Below, one piece after another: positions 26,344-36,095 of a stretch of DNA of 64,000 bases. The position numbers and the translations under genes were made by a program. Position 1 is the stretch's first letter; each line of letters starts with the position of its first letter. The stretch comes from Hoeflea sp. GTDB taxonomy: Bacteria; Pseudomonadota; Alphaproteobacteria; Rhizobiales; Rhizobiaceae. A model generated the notes under the pieces. It was not told where the DNA came from. It was given only the letters and a program-made list of their open reading frames with translations, and did not search any database. Location: assembly GCA_965228785.1 (NCBI GenBank), contig CBDDIF010000002.1, positions 1,516,361-1,580,360 of the forward strand. The letters run 5' to 3'.

Positions 26344-27405
26344 CTATTCCTTCAATCCGGACGAAATGTGCAGCATCCAGTCAACAACGAAGTTGACGGC
26401 GACTGTCAGCAACGCAATAGCGGCGGCGGGGATCAGCGGCGTGACCTCGCCGAAGGAGATCAGCGTGGCGTTCTCACGCACCATCGACCCCCAGTCAGCT
26501 GTGGGCGGCTGGATCCCCAGACCCAGGAAGGACAGTGCCGAGATGGCCAGGAACACGAAGCAGAAGCGCAGGCCGAACTCGGCCGCCAGTGGCGCCGTGA
26601 TATTGGGCAATACTTCCCTGGTGATCAGGTACCAGGTCGATTCACCGCGCAGGCGAGCCGCCTCGATATAGTCCATGACGACGATATTGCCAGCCACAGC
26701 CCGCACAAGGCGGAAGATCAGGGGCGAATAGAGCAACGCAATAACCAGGGTGAGGTTGATCACGCTGGTGCCAACAATGGTCAGGAGCAGCAGGGCGAAG
26801 ATCAACTGTGGGATAGCCATCAGCGTGTCGACGACGCGGCCGAGAACCTGATCCACCCAACCACCCAACTGAGCCGCAACGAGACCGGCAATCGTGCCGA
26901 CCACGAAAGCGATCACAGTGGTCATCAGCGCGATGCCAACGGTATTGCGAGCGCCATAGATCAGCCGGCTGAACAGGTCGCGTCCGAGCTGATCGCCGCC
27001 GAGCAGCATCACATCGTCCGGGGGCGCAAAGGAACTGCCGACGACCTCGGCCTCGCCGAAAGGAGCGATCACCGGCGCAAACACGGCGGCGATGATATAG
27101 GCAATGATCACCAGCAAACCGAATGCCGCGGTCAGTGGAGCAGTTCGCATCAGCTTGGCGCCGTTAGGTGGCAGCAGCTGGATGAGGCTTTCGCGGAAGC
27201 TGTAGGCAAGACCACCCGCCGCCGCCAGAAGGGCGACACCGATAGTGATGTTGACGAGCACCTCGGCGCCCCCGAGCAGACCGGATATCAGCGACACGCA
27301 GAGCAGCGTGAACAGCAGCAACAGCGGCGTGCGGGCCTGGTAGTAGCCCGCCACGCAACAGGCGACGATGAGAAATGCATAGTAGATGATAACAAAGGTA
27401 AGCAT
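26344..27405 (-). CDS. ABC transporter permease, DppC/OppC type with N-terminal extension
   Basis: 353-aa polytopic ORF; ..YIEAARLRGESTWYLITREVLPN.. is the conserved loop region. Confidence 0.85.
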   Translation of the reverse strand: MLTFVIIYYAFLIVACCVAGYYQARTPLLLLFTLLCVSLISGLLGGAEVLVNITIGVALLAAAGGLAYSFRESLIQLLPPNGAKLMRTAPLTAAFGLLVIIAYIIAAVFAPVIAPFGEAEVVGSSFAPPDDVMLLGGDQLGRDLFSRLIYGARNTVGIALMTTVIAFVVGTIAGLVAAQLGGWVDQVLGRVVDTLMAIPQLIFALLLLTIVGTSVINLTLVIALLYSPLIFRLVRAVAGNIVVMDYIEAARLRGESTWYLITREVLPNITAPLAAEFGLRFCFVFLAISALSFLGLGIQPPTADWGSMVRENATLISFGEVTPLIPAAAIALLTVAVNFVVDWMLHISSGLKE

Positions 27406-27415
27406 TATCCGATCC

Positions 27416-28372
27416 TCACTTGGGGTGCCGCAGGCGCGGGTTGGACAGAATTGCGCCTACATCCGCTATCAGATTCAGCAGGATGAAGGTGGCAGCGAAG
27501 ATCAGGCAGCAGGCCTGGACGACCGGGAAGTCGCGTTTGGTAACGCTGTCGACAAGCAACTGACCGACACCCGGATAAACAAAGACCACCTCGACGAGCA
27601 CCACGCCTGTGATCAGGTACGCGACGTTGAGTGCGACGACGTTGATGATCGGCGCCAAGGCGTTGGGCAGTGCGTGGCGGGTAATTACCTTGGAGTTGGG
27701 AACCCCCTTCAATCGGGCCATCTCGATGTAAGGCGATGCCAGCAGGTTAATGATCGCCGCACGGGTCATGCGCATCATGTAGGCCGTAACCACCATGGCG
27801 AGCGTTAGGGCCGGCAGCATGGTTCGGTAGAGCCGTTCCCCGAATTCCATATCGGGCGTGACGTTGGAGATTGCCGGAAAGATCTGGTTCTGGACCGCGA
27901 AGAACACGATGAGGATATAGCCGAGGAAAAACTCCGGCGAGGATATCGACACGAGGCTGAGTGCGTTGGCGACGCGATCGAAAACCGAGTTGCGATAGAG
28001 AGCGGCCAGAACACCGAGGCCGATGGCCAGCGGCACGGATATAGCAGCGGCAACAAGAGCCAGCCACAAGGTGTTGGCGAAGCGCGGCCCCAGTTGTTCG
28101 GCGACCGATCGTTTGTTGGCCAACGAGACGCCAAAGTCTCCCTGTACGGCCCCGCCTAGCCAGTCGAGATATCGGGTGTAGACGGGCCTGTTCAGCCCCA
28201 GTTCTTCCCGCAGCGCAGCCACAGTCTCCTCAGTCGCCGATTGCCCCAAAATCTGCTGGGCAACGTCCCCGGGCAGCAATTCAACGGCCCCGAAAATAAT
28301 GACTGACACCACAAGCAGTGTCACCAGACCAAGCAATAGCCGTCTGCCTATAAGCGGCAATACGCCTCCCAT
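27416..28372 (-). CDS. ABC transporter permease, DppB/OppB type
   Basis: 318-aa polytopic ORF; ..YIEMARLKGVPNSKVITRHALPNAL.. is the conserved loop. Confidence 0.85.
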   Translation of the reverse strand: MGGVLPLIGRRLLLGLVTLLVVSVIIFGAVELLPGDVAQQILGQSATEETVAALREELGLNRPVYTRYLDWLGGAVQGDFGVSLANKRSVAEQLGPRFANTLWLALVAAAISVPLAIGLGVLAALYRNSVFDRVANALSLVSISSPEFFLGYILIVFFAVQNQIFPAISNVTPDMEFGERLYRTMLPALTLAMVVTAYMMRMTRAAIINLLASPYIEMARLKGVPNSKVITRHALPNALAPIINVVALNVAYLITGVVLVEVVFVYPGVGQLLVDSVTKRDFPVVQACCLIFAATFILLNLIADVGAILSNPRLRHPK

Positions 28373-28659
28373 GATCCCCTCCTGGTTGATTGGTCATCGG
28401 CCGTGCCGATGGACCAAGTGCTTATTCTTACTGGGATGTTCGCAACTGGGACGGTGCCAAGTCAACCAAAAACACCTGCCGGTACATGGCCAGTTTTCCT
28501 CCCCGACCTCGAGCCTCGAGCCTCCCATGTGACAAAAACCTAACAGGTTGAGGCGCTTGGCAACGACCCGCCGTGCGACATTTCCTTGCCGCATTTGGAC
28601 ACAACATGCCGTATTTGAGACATTCGCGGGATAAGTCTCGACCGTCTTGCCTAGCCGGC

Positions 28660-29658
28660 TCAATGCCGACGCAGTCTTTCACTCGGGGACTGGCCGAAGG
28701 TCCGGCGGTAATCGACCGAAAATCGCCCGAGATGGGTGAAACCCCAATCGTAGGCAATATCGGCAACGCTGACACCGGGTTGGGCGCGCATCAAATCATA
28801 GTTTGCCCCAAGCAGCCGTTCGGCGCGAACGTACTGGAGCGGGGTCATATCACAGGCCGCTCGGAATCCCAGCTGAAGACAACGCGGCGTCACGCCGGCA
28901 GCCTGGGCGATTTGCGCGATGGTTATCGGTCGGCGCAAATTGTCCTGGATGAACCGCTGGGCGCGTTTGACGTGCGCTGGCGCAACTCGTCCCGGATCGT
29001 TCTCGAGGTAATGGCTGATATTGGACGGTTGCCGGAGACAAAACGCCTCGATCAGTTCCTCCTCGACCAGTCTCTGTGACAGGTCATTGCCGGATGCGAA
29101 CAAGCGGTCATCATCGGCCGCGCGCACGACGGCGCGCACCCGCCGCCACCAATGGCGCATTTCCGGACGTTCGAAGGCGATACGCGGTTCGAACTCCACC
29201 GGTCCAGGCAGCCTCCGCCCAACCAGTTGTTCGGCGGCGGCCTGCAACGCATCGCGATCGATCTGCAGCAGGAGCTTCTCGCAACCGGCATACCAGCGCA
29301 TGGTTGTATAGGAGTCCGGGTTGAGCACGCTGGGCGTAGCGGTCGTCGCACAGACATCGGTTCGACCGTTGCGAACCCATGCTTCGCCCCTGACCGGAAT
29401 CTGGATGAGGTAGAAGGAGCCGAGCTCACCAGGCTCGATTTCCACGTCAGCGCCGTAACGAATGTAGTTGAGAGACATTCCGATGCCGGGCGCATGATGA
29501 TGGCAAGCGTCGAAGCGGTCCTCACGATTGACCCGTTCGAGCCTATGGCGGCAGAACTTGCTTGCCACAAATTCCCGCGCCTCATCCAGTTCGGAACTTC
29601 GAAACAGGCGATGGCGTCGAAGCGGTGCCGCCGTTTCTGGTCGTGCTCCATTGCTCAT
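28660..29658 (-). CDS. AraC family transcriptional regulator
   Basis: C-terminal double HTH ..ITIAQIAQAAGVTPRCLQLGFRA..ADIAYDWGFTHLGRFSVDYRRTFGQSPSE. Divergent from the cupin/FMO genes. Confidence 0.85.
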   Translation of the reverse strand: MSNGARPETAAPLRRHRLFRSSELDEAREFVASKFCRHRLERVNREDRFDACHHHAPGIGMSLNYIRYGADVEIEPGELGSFYLIQIPVRGEAWVRNGRTDVCATTATPSVLNPDSYTTMRWYAGCEKLLLQIDRDALQAAAEQLVGRRLPGPVEFEPRIAFERPEMRHWWRRVRAVVRAADDDRLFASGNDLSQRLVEEELIEAFCLRQPSNISHYLENDPGRVAPAHVKRAQRFIQDNLRRPITIAQIAQAAGVTPRCLQLGFRAACDMTPLQYVRAERLLGANYDLMRAQPGVSVADIAYDWGFTHLGRFSVDYRRTFGQSPSERLRRH

Positions 29659-29806
29659 CGGGCAAGTATTCTCCAGTCGGCGGTCTGAATCAAATCTTTG
29701 CGGTCACCGGACGACCGACCATCACTTTATTTTCGTTTTTTGGATAAGGGGCCGGACCGTGAGCCGCGTATCGTTGTTGCTAACCGTCAAAAAGGGGAAT
29801 GCAACC

Positions 29807-30253
29807 ATGACAAACACTGCCGGAGTAACCGCCGCAGCCTATGGGCTTGAAGGGACAAGTTGGAACGTTGTCGGGCACACCTACACGCCCAAAATGCACA
29901 GTGAAAATGCCTTCGTATGGCATGCGGTGATCCCGGCCGACACATTCGTGCCGCCGCATATCCACCCCACTCAGGATGAGTGGATTACCATGCTCGACGG
30001 CAATCTCGAGATTGAGTTCGGCGATGCCGTGCACAAAGCCGGCCCCGGCGACACGATCCGCATGCCGATGGGCTTGGCGCACGGGATCTTCAACCGGTCC
30101 GGAGCAACGGCGACCTGCGTGTTCGGGGTCGCCCCGTCGCGAAAACTGTTCGCGCTATTCGGCGCCCTGGACGGTGTGACCGACCCGGAAGAGCTGGTCC
30201 GCCTATCGGCCATGCACGAGGTGGATTTTCTTCCGCCGCCGGACGCAGCCTGA
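29807..30253 (+). CDS. Cupin domain protein
   Basis: ATG at 29807 with AAAGGGGAA upstream. Motif PPHIHPTQDEWITMLDG..GDTIRMPMGLAHG is a cupin metal site. The ORF-track start at 29528 is an upstream extension overlapping the AraC gene. Confidence 0.75.
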   Translation: MTNTAGVTAAAYGLEGTSWNVVGHTYTPKMHSENAFVWHAVIPADTFVPPHIHPTQDEWITMLDGNLEIEFGDAVHKAGPGDTIRMPMGLAHGIFNRSGATATCVFGVAPSRKLFALFGALDGVTDPEELVRLSAMHEVDFLPPPDAA

Positions 30254-30276
30254 GAATTCGGTTCCGAGGACCCATC

Positions 30277-31764
30277 ATGACGAAGAAGAAAAAGGTCGCC
30301 GTTGTCGGCGGCGGCGTCAGCGGATTGGCCGCGGCAAAGGCGTTCAAGGAACGTGGGCACGATGTTCACGGGATCGAACGCAGCCACGATTTCGGTGGGG
30401 TGTGGGAACTGTCTCGCTCCTATCCGGATGTGCAGACACAGTCTCCGAAGGATCTTTACCGCTTTTCGGACCACCCTATGCCGGCCGAGTATCCGGAATG
30501 GCCCAAGGGGCCACAGGTTCACGCTTATCTGCACTCCTACGCGCAAAAGCATGATTTGAAAGACAATTTTCGCCTCAATACCAATGTTCGCTCGATGGAT
30601 CGGCGCGCCGACGGCCAACCCGGCTGGACGCTGACCCTTGAGGCTGGCGGTGAAACGACGACGGAGGATTTCGATTTCGTTGCCGTTTGTACCGGCCAGT
30701 TCTCGGACAAGAACACCATCACGCACCCGGGCCAGGACGACTTTGTCGCAGCTGGCGGACAGGTGATGCACTCTTCGGAATACACCGATCCAAGTATCGT
30801 CCGCGGCAAGCGTGTCGTCGTGCTCGGTGGCTCGAAATCAGCGACCGACATCGCGGTGAATGCGGCCAATAACGGCGCCAAGGCGGTCAACCTTGTCTAT
30901 CGAGAGCCAGTCTGGCGCGTGCCCTATTTTGTTGGCGGCATCAACTTCAAGAGGCTGCTCTACATGCGGGCGCAGGAGCAGCAGTTCAACAGTTGGGGAC
31001 GGAACTGGGCTCAAAGAACCGTGGCGGCGGTCTTCAAGCCAATTGTCTGGGCCAATTTTCGCGGCCTCGAGACCATGCTGAAACTGCAACTCGGCCTGAA
31101 AAAATGGGACATGGTTCCGGATGTGCCGATCGAAAAGGATGTGTCCTGTTCCATTCCCATCGTTACATCGGGCCTGTTCGAATCCTTCAAGGATGGGTCC
31201 GTCGAACCAATTCGCGGAACATTCGAACGCTACGAGGGTGGTGAGGTTGTGCTGACCAACGGCGACAAGGTCGGCTGCGATATTGCCATTCTTGGCGTCG
31301 GCTGGAAGCTCGGTGTGCCATATCTGGCCAAGGACTATCTCGACAGGCTGATCGAAGCGGATGGCCAGTATCGGGTCTATCGGCTTTCGGTGAATCCGGA
31401 CCTGCCAGATATGGGCTTTGTCGGCTTCAACTCAAGTTTCTGTTCCGTGCTGTCGTCGGAAATGATCGCCAACTGGCTGGTCCGCTATGCCGACGGCCAG
31501 CTGGCAAACCAGCCGAGTGACCAGGAGATGCGCGACAATATAGACAACATGCTTGACTGGAAGCGCCGTGAGCGACCGGCGGCCAAGGTTTATGGCGGCC
31601 TTTGTTCAGCGCCGTTCCACTTCAAGCATTTCGACGAGCTGCTGGCGGATATCGGAGCCCGCAAACGCAAGCGGACCAACCCGTTGGCCGAGCAGTTCTC
31701 CTATCCGAATGCCGATGCCTATGGCAGCTACCTGGCATCAGCGCCGCAATACCGGGCCGGTTAG
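30277..31764 (+). CDS. Flavin-containing monooxygenase (NAD(P)/FAD-dependent, FMO/BVMO-like)
   Basis: VAVVGGGVSGLAAAKAF FAD motif and a second Rossmann motif VVVLGGSKSATDIA. 495 aa. Confidence 0.8.
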   Translation: MTKKKKVAVVGGGVSGLAAAKAFKERGHDVHGIERSHDFGGVWELSRSYPDVQTQSPKDLYRFSDHPMPAEYPEWPKGPQVHAYLHSYAQKHDLKDNFRLNTNVRSMDRRADGQPGWTLTLEAGGETTTEDFDFVAVCTGQFSDKNTITHPGQDDFVAAGGQVMHSSEYTDPSIVRGKRVVVLGGSKSATDIAVNAANNGAKAVNLVYREPVWRVPYFVGGINFKRLLYMRAQEQQFNSWGRNWAQRTVAAVFKPIVWANFRGLETMLKLQLGLKKWDMVPDVPIEKDVSCSIPIVTSGLFESFKDGSVEPIRGTFERYEGGEVVLTNGDKVGCDIAILGVGWKLGVPYLAKDYLDRLIEADGQYRVYRLSVNPDLPDMGFVGFNSSFCSVLSSEMIANWLVRYADGQLANQPSDQEMRDNIDNMLDWKRRERPAAKVYGGLCSAPFHFKHFDELLADIGARKRKRTNPLAEQFSYPNADAYGSYLASAPQYRAG

Positions 31765-31773
31765 AGCGCAGTC

Positions 31774-32622
31774 CTATCCGACGCGGTAGATGTCGAGCGC
31801 ATTCTGGCCGGCAATCTTCGCAGCTTCGTCCTGCGAAAAACCGGCCAAAATCTTATCGGTTACGGAAAGCCAGTCAGGCAGGCCGTTGGCCATATCCACC
31901 ACCGGCCAGTCGCTGCCCCAGACCATGCGGTTAGGTCCGAAGACGTCAAGCACGTGGTCGACATAGGGGCGGATCGCCTCAAGGGTCGCCTCTCCCGGTG
32001 AACAATACGCCAGAATGCCCGACAGTTTGCACGAAACGTTCGGCAAAGCCGCGAGATCGCGCATGTGATCGCGCCAGGGATCGAGACCGCCACCTGCGAT
32101 GTCAGGTACGCCGCAATGGTCGAGGATCAGGCGCGTGTTGTCGCAGGCCTTGGCGAGCTCCACCGCCAGCGGCAATTGCCGTGCCAGAAAGCACAGGTCG
32201 AAGGTTTTGCCGCGATCACCGATCTTGCGGACATTGGCGCGAAACGCATCTGTCTGCGAGAGATCATCCGGCACCACATGCAGAATCCGGCGAAAGCCAA
32301 CGACATTCAGGGATCCGCATTCATCCAGCCAGGCGTCGAAGCCGTCACCCGATTCCGGGCGGCATGACGCGATAAGGCCTAAAATGCGGTTGTCAGGCCG
32401 TTGGGCGAGTTCGGCAACGTAGCGGGCTTCCGCCTGATAGTCGGCATCGTCGACGCCGGTCTCCATAAACAGGGTACCGCTGACGGCATCGCGACCGGCA
32501 AGGCCCTGATAGTCCTCAAGCGTGAAAGCCCGGTTGGCAAGGACCGGAATGTCGTCCGTCCAGCCATAGCCGGCGGCGTCCCGATAGACCAGATGCTGGT
32601 GGGTATCGATAAGCGCGACCAT
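31774..32622 (-). CDS. Amidohydrolase-2 family protein, sugar lactonase-like (L-fucono/rhamnono-lactonase type)
   Basis: MVALIDTHQHLV.. metal-binding HxH start and later ..ILDHCGVPD.. and ..WGSDWPV, typical of the amidohydrolase_2 lactonase subgroup. Confidence 0.65.
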   Translation of the reverse strand: MVALIDTHQHLVYRDAAGYGWTDDIPVLANRAFTLEDYQGLAGRDAVSGTLFMETGVDDADYQAEARYVAELAQRPDNRILGLIASCRPESGDGFDAWLDECGSLNVVGFRRILHVVPDDLSQTDAFRANVRKIGDRGKTFDLCFLARQLPLAVELAKACDNTRLILDHCGVPDIAGGGLDPWRDHMRDLAALPNVSCKLSGILAYCSPGEATLEAIRPYVDHVLDVFGPNRMVWGSDWPVVDMANGLPDWLSVTDKILAGFSQDEAAKIAGQNALDIYRVG

Positions 32623-32637
32623 GATTTCCTCCTCGGG

Positions 32638-33375
32638 TCAGATATTGGCCCAGCCGCCGTCAATGACGTGGGCGACACCGCTGGTGTAGGCCGACTCGTC
32701 GGACGCAAGGTAAACGACGAGTGCGGCTATCTCTTCGGCAGTTCCCAGGCGCCCCATCGGCTGGCGGGCAATGAAGGCGGAACGAGCCGCCTCGTAGTCG
32801 TCATTGGCGCGCATGCGCTCGTGCAGCGACGGCGACTCGACGGTACCGGGACAGATGGCGTTGCATCGAATGCCGTCACCGACAAAATCGGCCGCGACAG
32901 ATTTGGTTATTCCAACGACCGCAGCTTTTGACGCTCCGTAGACGAACCGGTTCGGCGCGGCAATCACGGAGGACGCTACTGATGACATGTTGATGATTGA
33001 ACCACCGCCATTGTCGATCATTGCAGGCAGGAAGCGGCGAATGACGCGGTACATGGCGGTGACGTTGAGCCGGAAGGAGAAATCCCACTGTTCTTCGTCG
33101 CAATCGAGGATCGTACCGTTCGCCACGTAGCCCGCACAGTTGAACAGAATGTCCGGTGCGCCAACGGTTTCGACCGCGGTATCAATAGCCGAAGGGTCGA
33201 GCACATCGAACCTGAATGTCTCTAGACCCTCAGCGGCGAGACCTTTTAACGCGTCCTCGTTAACGTCTGTAGCGAAAACCCGAGCACCTTCCGCCTTCAT
33301 AGCCAGTGCCGAAGCGCGGCCGATGCCCTGTCCGGCGGCTGTGACCAAGGCGGTCTTGTTGTTCAATCTTCCCAT
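32638..33375 (-). CDS. SDR family oxidoreductase (2-keto-3-deoxy-sugar-acid dehydrogenase-like)
   Basis: TALVTAAGQGIGRA cofactor motif and YGASKAAV catalytic motif. 245 aa. Confidence 0.8.
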   Translation of the reverse strand: MGRLNNKTALVTAAGQGIGRASALAMKAEGARVFATDVNEDALKGLAAEGLETFRFDVLDPSAIDTAVETVGAPDILFNCAGYVANGTILDCDEEQWDFSFRLNVTAMYRVIRRFLPAMIDNGGGSIINMSSVASSVIAAPNRFVYGASKAAVVGITKSVAADFVGDGIRCNAICPGTVESPSLHERMRANDDYEAARSAFIARQPMGRLGTAEEIAALVVYLASDESAYTSGVAHVIDGGWANI

Positions 33376-33446
33376 GAATGCCCTCGTTGAAAGCTTTGTT
33401 TTTTGATTCTTTTCCTAACCGACAATTGCACTGAATTCGCTGATTC

Positions 33447-34637
33447 TCAAACCGGCAGGCAAGCCGGCCCCAAGGGCTCGAACGTCTTGTAGGTCAAAAT
33501 GAATTCGGCATGGCCGAGCGCTTCGGATTTGGTCGGTTGGCCAGCCGCGACCCTCAACAAACTGTCATAGATTTCACCACCGATCTCGTCCAGGGTCGCC
33601 TCACCCTTGATGATGCGACCGGCGTTGACGTCCATATCTTCGCTCAACCGATCATACATGACAGGGTTAGCCGCGATCTTGATGACCGGGGCCAGGGCCG
33701 AGCCGACGACCGAACCGCGTCCGGTCACGAACAACGTCAGGTGGGCACCGGACGCCATCATCTCGACGATCTCGGCATTGTCGGAAATGTTCGGAAAACC
33801 GAAGCGCACCTCCCCGTCCGGCACCACGTCCATCAGATACAGACCGCCCTTCGATGGCCTGTCACCAGGTTTGATCAGACCGGATATCGGCGATCGCCCC
33901 GACTTGGCATAGGCACCCATCGATTTCTCCTCGATGGTCGACAACCCGCCATCCGCGTTACCCGCAGCGAAACTGCCAAATCCGAGTTCGGCGTAGTAGC
34001 GGGCAGCCTTGGCCACCGAAGCGCGCAGTTCGTCGGCCAGTTCCGGTGTCGCGGCGCGGCTTGCCATGATCTCCTCGCAACCGATCAGCTCGCCGGTCTC
34101 CTCGAATATGCAAGTTGCGCCGTCGCCCACCAGTCGGTCGAAGGCTCGACCGACTGCCGGGTTGCCGGAAATTCCGCTGGTGCCATCGGAGCCGCCACAG
34201 ATCGTGCCGACAACGAGGTCGGATACAGCCATCGGCACTTGCGATGCCGCGCGAAGCAAAGTCAGTTGCTCTTCGAGCCAGTTCTGTCCTGCTGAAATGG
34301 ACGAAAGAGTTCCGCCTTCCCGCTGAATGACAACGGTTTTCACCGGCCGACCGCTGTCCTGCACCTGTTTTTCCAGTCGATACCGGTTGAAGCTTTCGCA
34401 GCCCAGCGAAACCAGCAGGACAGCGCCGACATTGGGATGCGTACACAGGCTCTCCATCATGCGCTGGGCATAGTCGTTCGGAAAGCAGCCCGGAAATCCG
34501 ATGACATGCGCGTCCTTCCGGAAGGGGTACGCAATCTCTCGGGCCACATGGTGAGCGCATTCGACCAGGTAGGCGACGGCGATGATGTTGCGAATCCCCT
34601 TTCGTCCGTCGTTGCGCAGGTAGCCTTCAAACATCAT
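33447..34637 (-). CDS. UxaA family hydrolyase (altronate/galactarate dehydratase-like), large subunit
   Basis: MMFEGYLRNDGRKGIRNIIAVAYLVECAHHV.. is the canonical start of the UxaA catalytic domain. GGAGAG RBS upstream. The ORF-track N-terminal extension to 34901 is rejected. Confidence 0.8.
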   Translation of the reverse strand: MMFEGYLRNDGRKGIRNIIAVAYLVECAHHVAREIAYPFRKDAHVIGFPGCFPNDYAQRMMESLCTHPNVGAVLLVSLGCESFNRYRLEKQVQDSGRPVKTVVIQREGGTLSSISAGQNWLEEQLTLLRAASQVPMAVSDLVVGTICGGSDGTSGISGNPAVGRAFDRLVGDGATCIFEETGELIGCEEIMASRAATPELADELRASVAKAARYYAELGFGSFAAGNADGGLSTIEEKSMGAYAKSGRSPISGLIKPGDRPSKGGLYLMDVVPDGEVRFGFPNISDNAEIVEMMASGAHLTLFVTGRGSVVGSALAPVIKIAANPVMYDRLSEDMDVNAGRIIKGEATLDEIGGEIYDSLLRVAAGQPTKSEALGHAEFILTYKTFEPLGPACLPV

Positions 34638-34974
34638 CGGAGCTCTCCTCCCGCGCCCCGTCGAGCGAGTGGGATGGCGTATAGTCGCTGCGGATATTGT
34701 GCAGGTGAACATGATCGCCGATTTCGATGGGACAGGTCGCCAAACCGATGGGCGCACCGTATTTGATGATTTTGCTGCCAGGCTCCACCCGTGCGATGGC
34801 GATCTTGTGCCCCATTGCAATATGCGCGTGCACTCGTACTTCCCGGCCGCGCACCTGGATCTGTTCGTCTTCAGATAGCGCGCGCAAAACAACGGCGACA
34901 TTGTCGCCCGGCGACAGCATCAATAGGCGCTCGTCGGTGTCGCGGTCTGAAGGTGCGGAATGACTGTGCTGCAT
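34627..34974 (-). CDS. UxaA family hydrolyase small subunit (SAF domain)
   Basis: ..LMLSPGDNVAVVLRAL..GHKIAIARVEPGSKIIKYGAPIG.A...I..GDHVHLHN is a SAF-domain pattern. It overlaps the large-subunit start by 11 nt. Confidence 0.75.
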   Translation of the reverse strand: MQHSHSAPSDRDTDERLLMLSPGDNVAVVLRALSEDEQIQVRGREVRVHAHIAMGHKIAIARVEPGSKIIKYGAPIGLATCPIEIGDHVHLHNIRSDYTPSHSLDGAREESSDDV

Positions 34975-34982
34975 GCCGTTCC

Positions 34983-36095
34983 TCACACCGTCGCAACTGT
35001 GGCGTCGTCGATCAGATCCCAATCGAGATCAATTCCGAGGCCGGGAGTTTCGGGCATGTAAGCGATGCCGTTTTCGATCGGCAGTGGCGCCTGCAATCCA
35101 AAATCGAATTGACCCGTCGGCCAAAGCAATTCGAGATAGGAGGAGTTTGCAACGGCGCCATTGAGGTGGAGATTGACCAGTTCCAGCGGATGGAAAATCG
35201 TGGTGTGCAATTCGCAATTCATGTGAAAGGCCTCGGCAAGGCGCGCCGTTTTCAATGCCCCGGTAATGCCCCCGGTCCAGGAAACGTCTGCGCGAACGGC
35301 ATCGACCACCCTTGTGGAAACACATTCAGCCACGCTGTAGGGATGTTTGGCGAGAACTTCCGTGCCGACGACAGGAATGTCGAGGATCCGGGTTAGCTCG
35401 CGCAAGGCAGCAAAATTCTCATCCGGCAGTGGTTCTTCCAGCCATTGATAGCCAAGCGTTTCGAGTTCGCGTCCGAAACGGACGGCCTGCTCCAGCGAAT
35501 AGGCGGCAACAGGATCGGCCATCAACGCGAAATCGGGTCCGACCGCTTCGCGGACGGCTCGGTGGATGGCAATATCCTCATCGAAATCCCGTCCGGGTGG
35601 ATGCGTTTTGTAGGCCTTGAACCCGGCATCTTGCACCGCGGCTGCCTCAGCCGCATAGGCTTCGACATCTGGAAGAACCAGCGACGAAGCGTAGACCGGT
35701 ACCTCACTGCGCACGCCGCCGATATAGCGCCACAATGGCTGTCCCGCGGCCTGTGCAGCAAGGATCCACAGGCAGCAATCGACCGGGCCATAGAGATAGA
35801 TTGGCAAATGATGCCACCAGCGGTCGGCGACCCGCCAATCCTGCCAGGCGGCTTCCCGGTCGAGCGCATTACGGCCGACAAGAAATGGACGCAACGACGC
35901 GGCGGCGAGGTGCCCGGACCCCAGAGCCGAACGGCCGGCAAAGCCGAACATCGATGCCGACTGGCCGCTCTCCTCCTTCAGGGTGAACACCAGGAACTCG
36001 AGCCCGTCCTGGGCAATACCATCACGCATGGCCTCTCCGGGTATGGCAGCCCGGTCGAGACGGCAACAGCGAATGTCGAGCTCCGTGATCCGCAT
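34983..36095 (-). CDS. Enolase superfamily protein (mandelate racemase/muconate lactonizing enzyme family)
   Basis: 370 aa. ..LMADPVAAYSL.. / ..WLEEPLPDEN.. / ..VVGTEV.. match the metal-ligand positions of MR-type acid-sugar dehydratases. Confidence 0.75.
   Translation of the reverse strand: MRITELDIRCCRLDRAAIPGEAMRDGIAQDGLEFLVFTLKEESGQSASMFGFAGRSALGSGHLAAASLRPFLVGRNALDREAAWQDWRVADRWWHHLPIYLYGPVDCCLWILAAQAAGQPLWRYIGGVRSEVPVYASSLVLPDVEAYAAEAAAVQDAGFKAYKTHPPGRDFDEDIAIHRAVREAVGPDFALMADPVAAYSLEQAVRFGRELETLGYQWLEEPLPDENFAALRELTRILDIPVVGTEVLAKHPYSVAECVSTRVVDAVRADVSWTGGITGALKTARLAEAFHMNCELHTTIFHPLELVNLHLNGAVANSSYLELLWPTGQFDFGLQAPLPIENGIAYMPETPGLGIDLDWDLIDDATVATV

Noticed and set aside
28507-28524. 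Short tandem repeat cctcgag-cctcgag-cctc in the intergenic region upstream of the permease operon; checked as a possible CRISPR or VNTR seed.
   Set aside because: There are only about 2.5 copies of a 7-mer and no spacer-repeat architecture. No CRISPR-like array exists anywhere in the window.
33447-34901. N-terminally extended ORF-track versions of real genes: 33447-34901, 39277-40533, 29528-30253, 7111-8313, 45919-47025, 53581-54696, 20493-21650 and 14737-14997.
   Set aside because: The extensions overlap the upstream gene, lack family similarity, and contain an internal start with a good RBS or an ATGA/overlap coupling to the upstream stop. I used the shorter coordinates.
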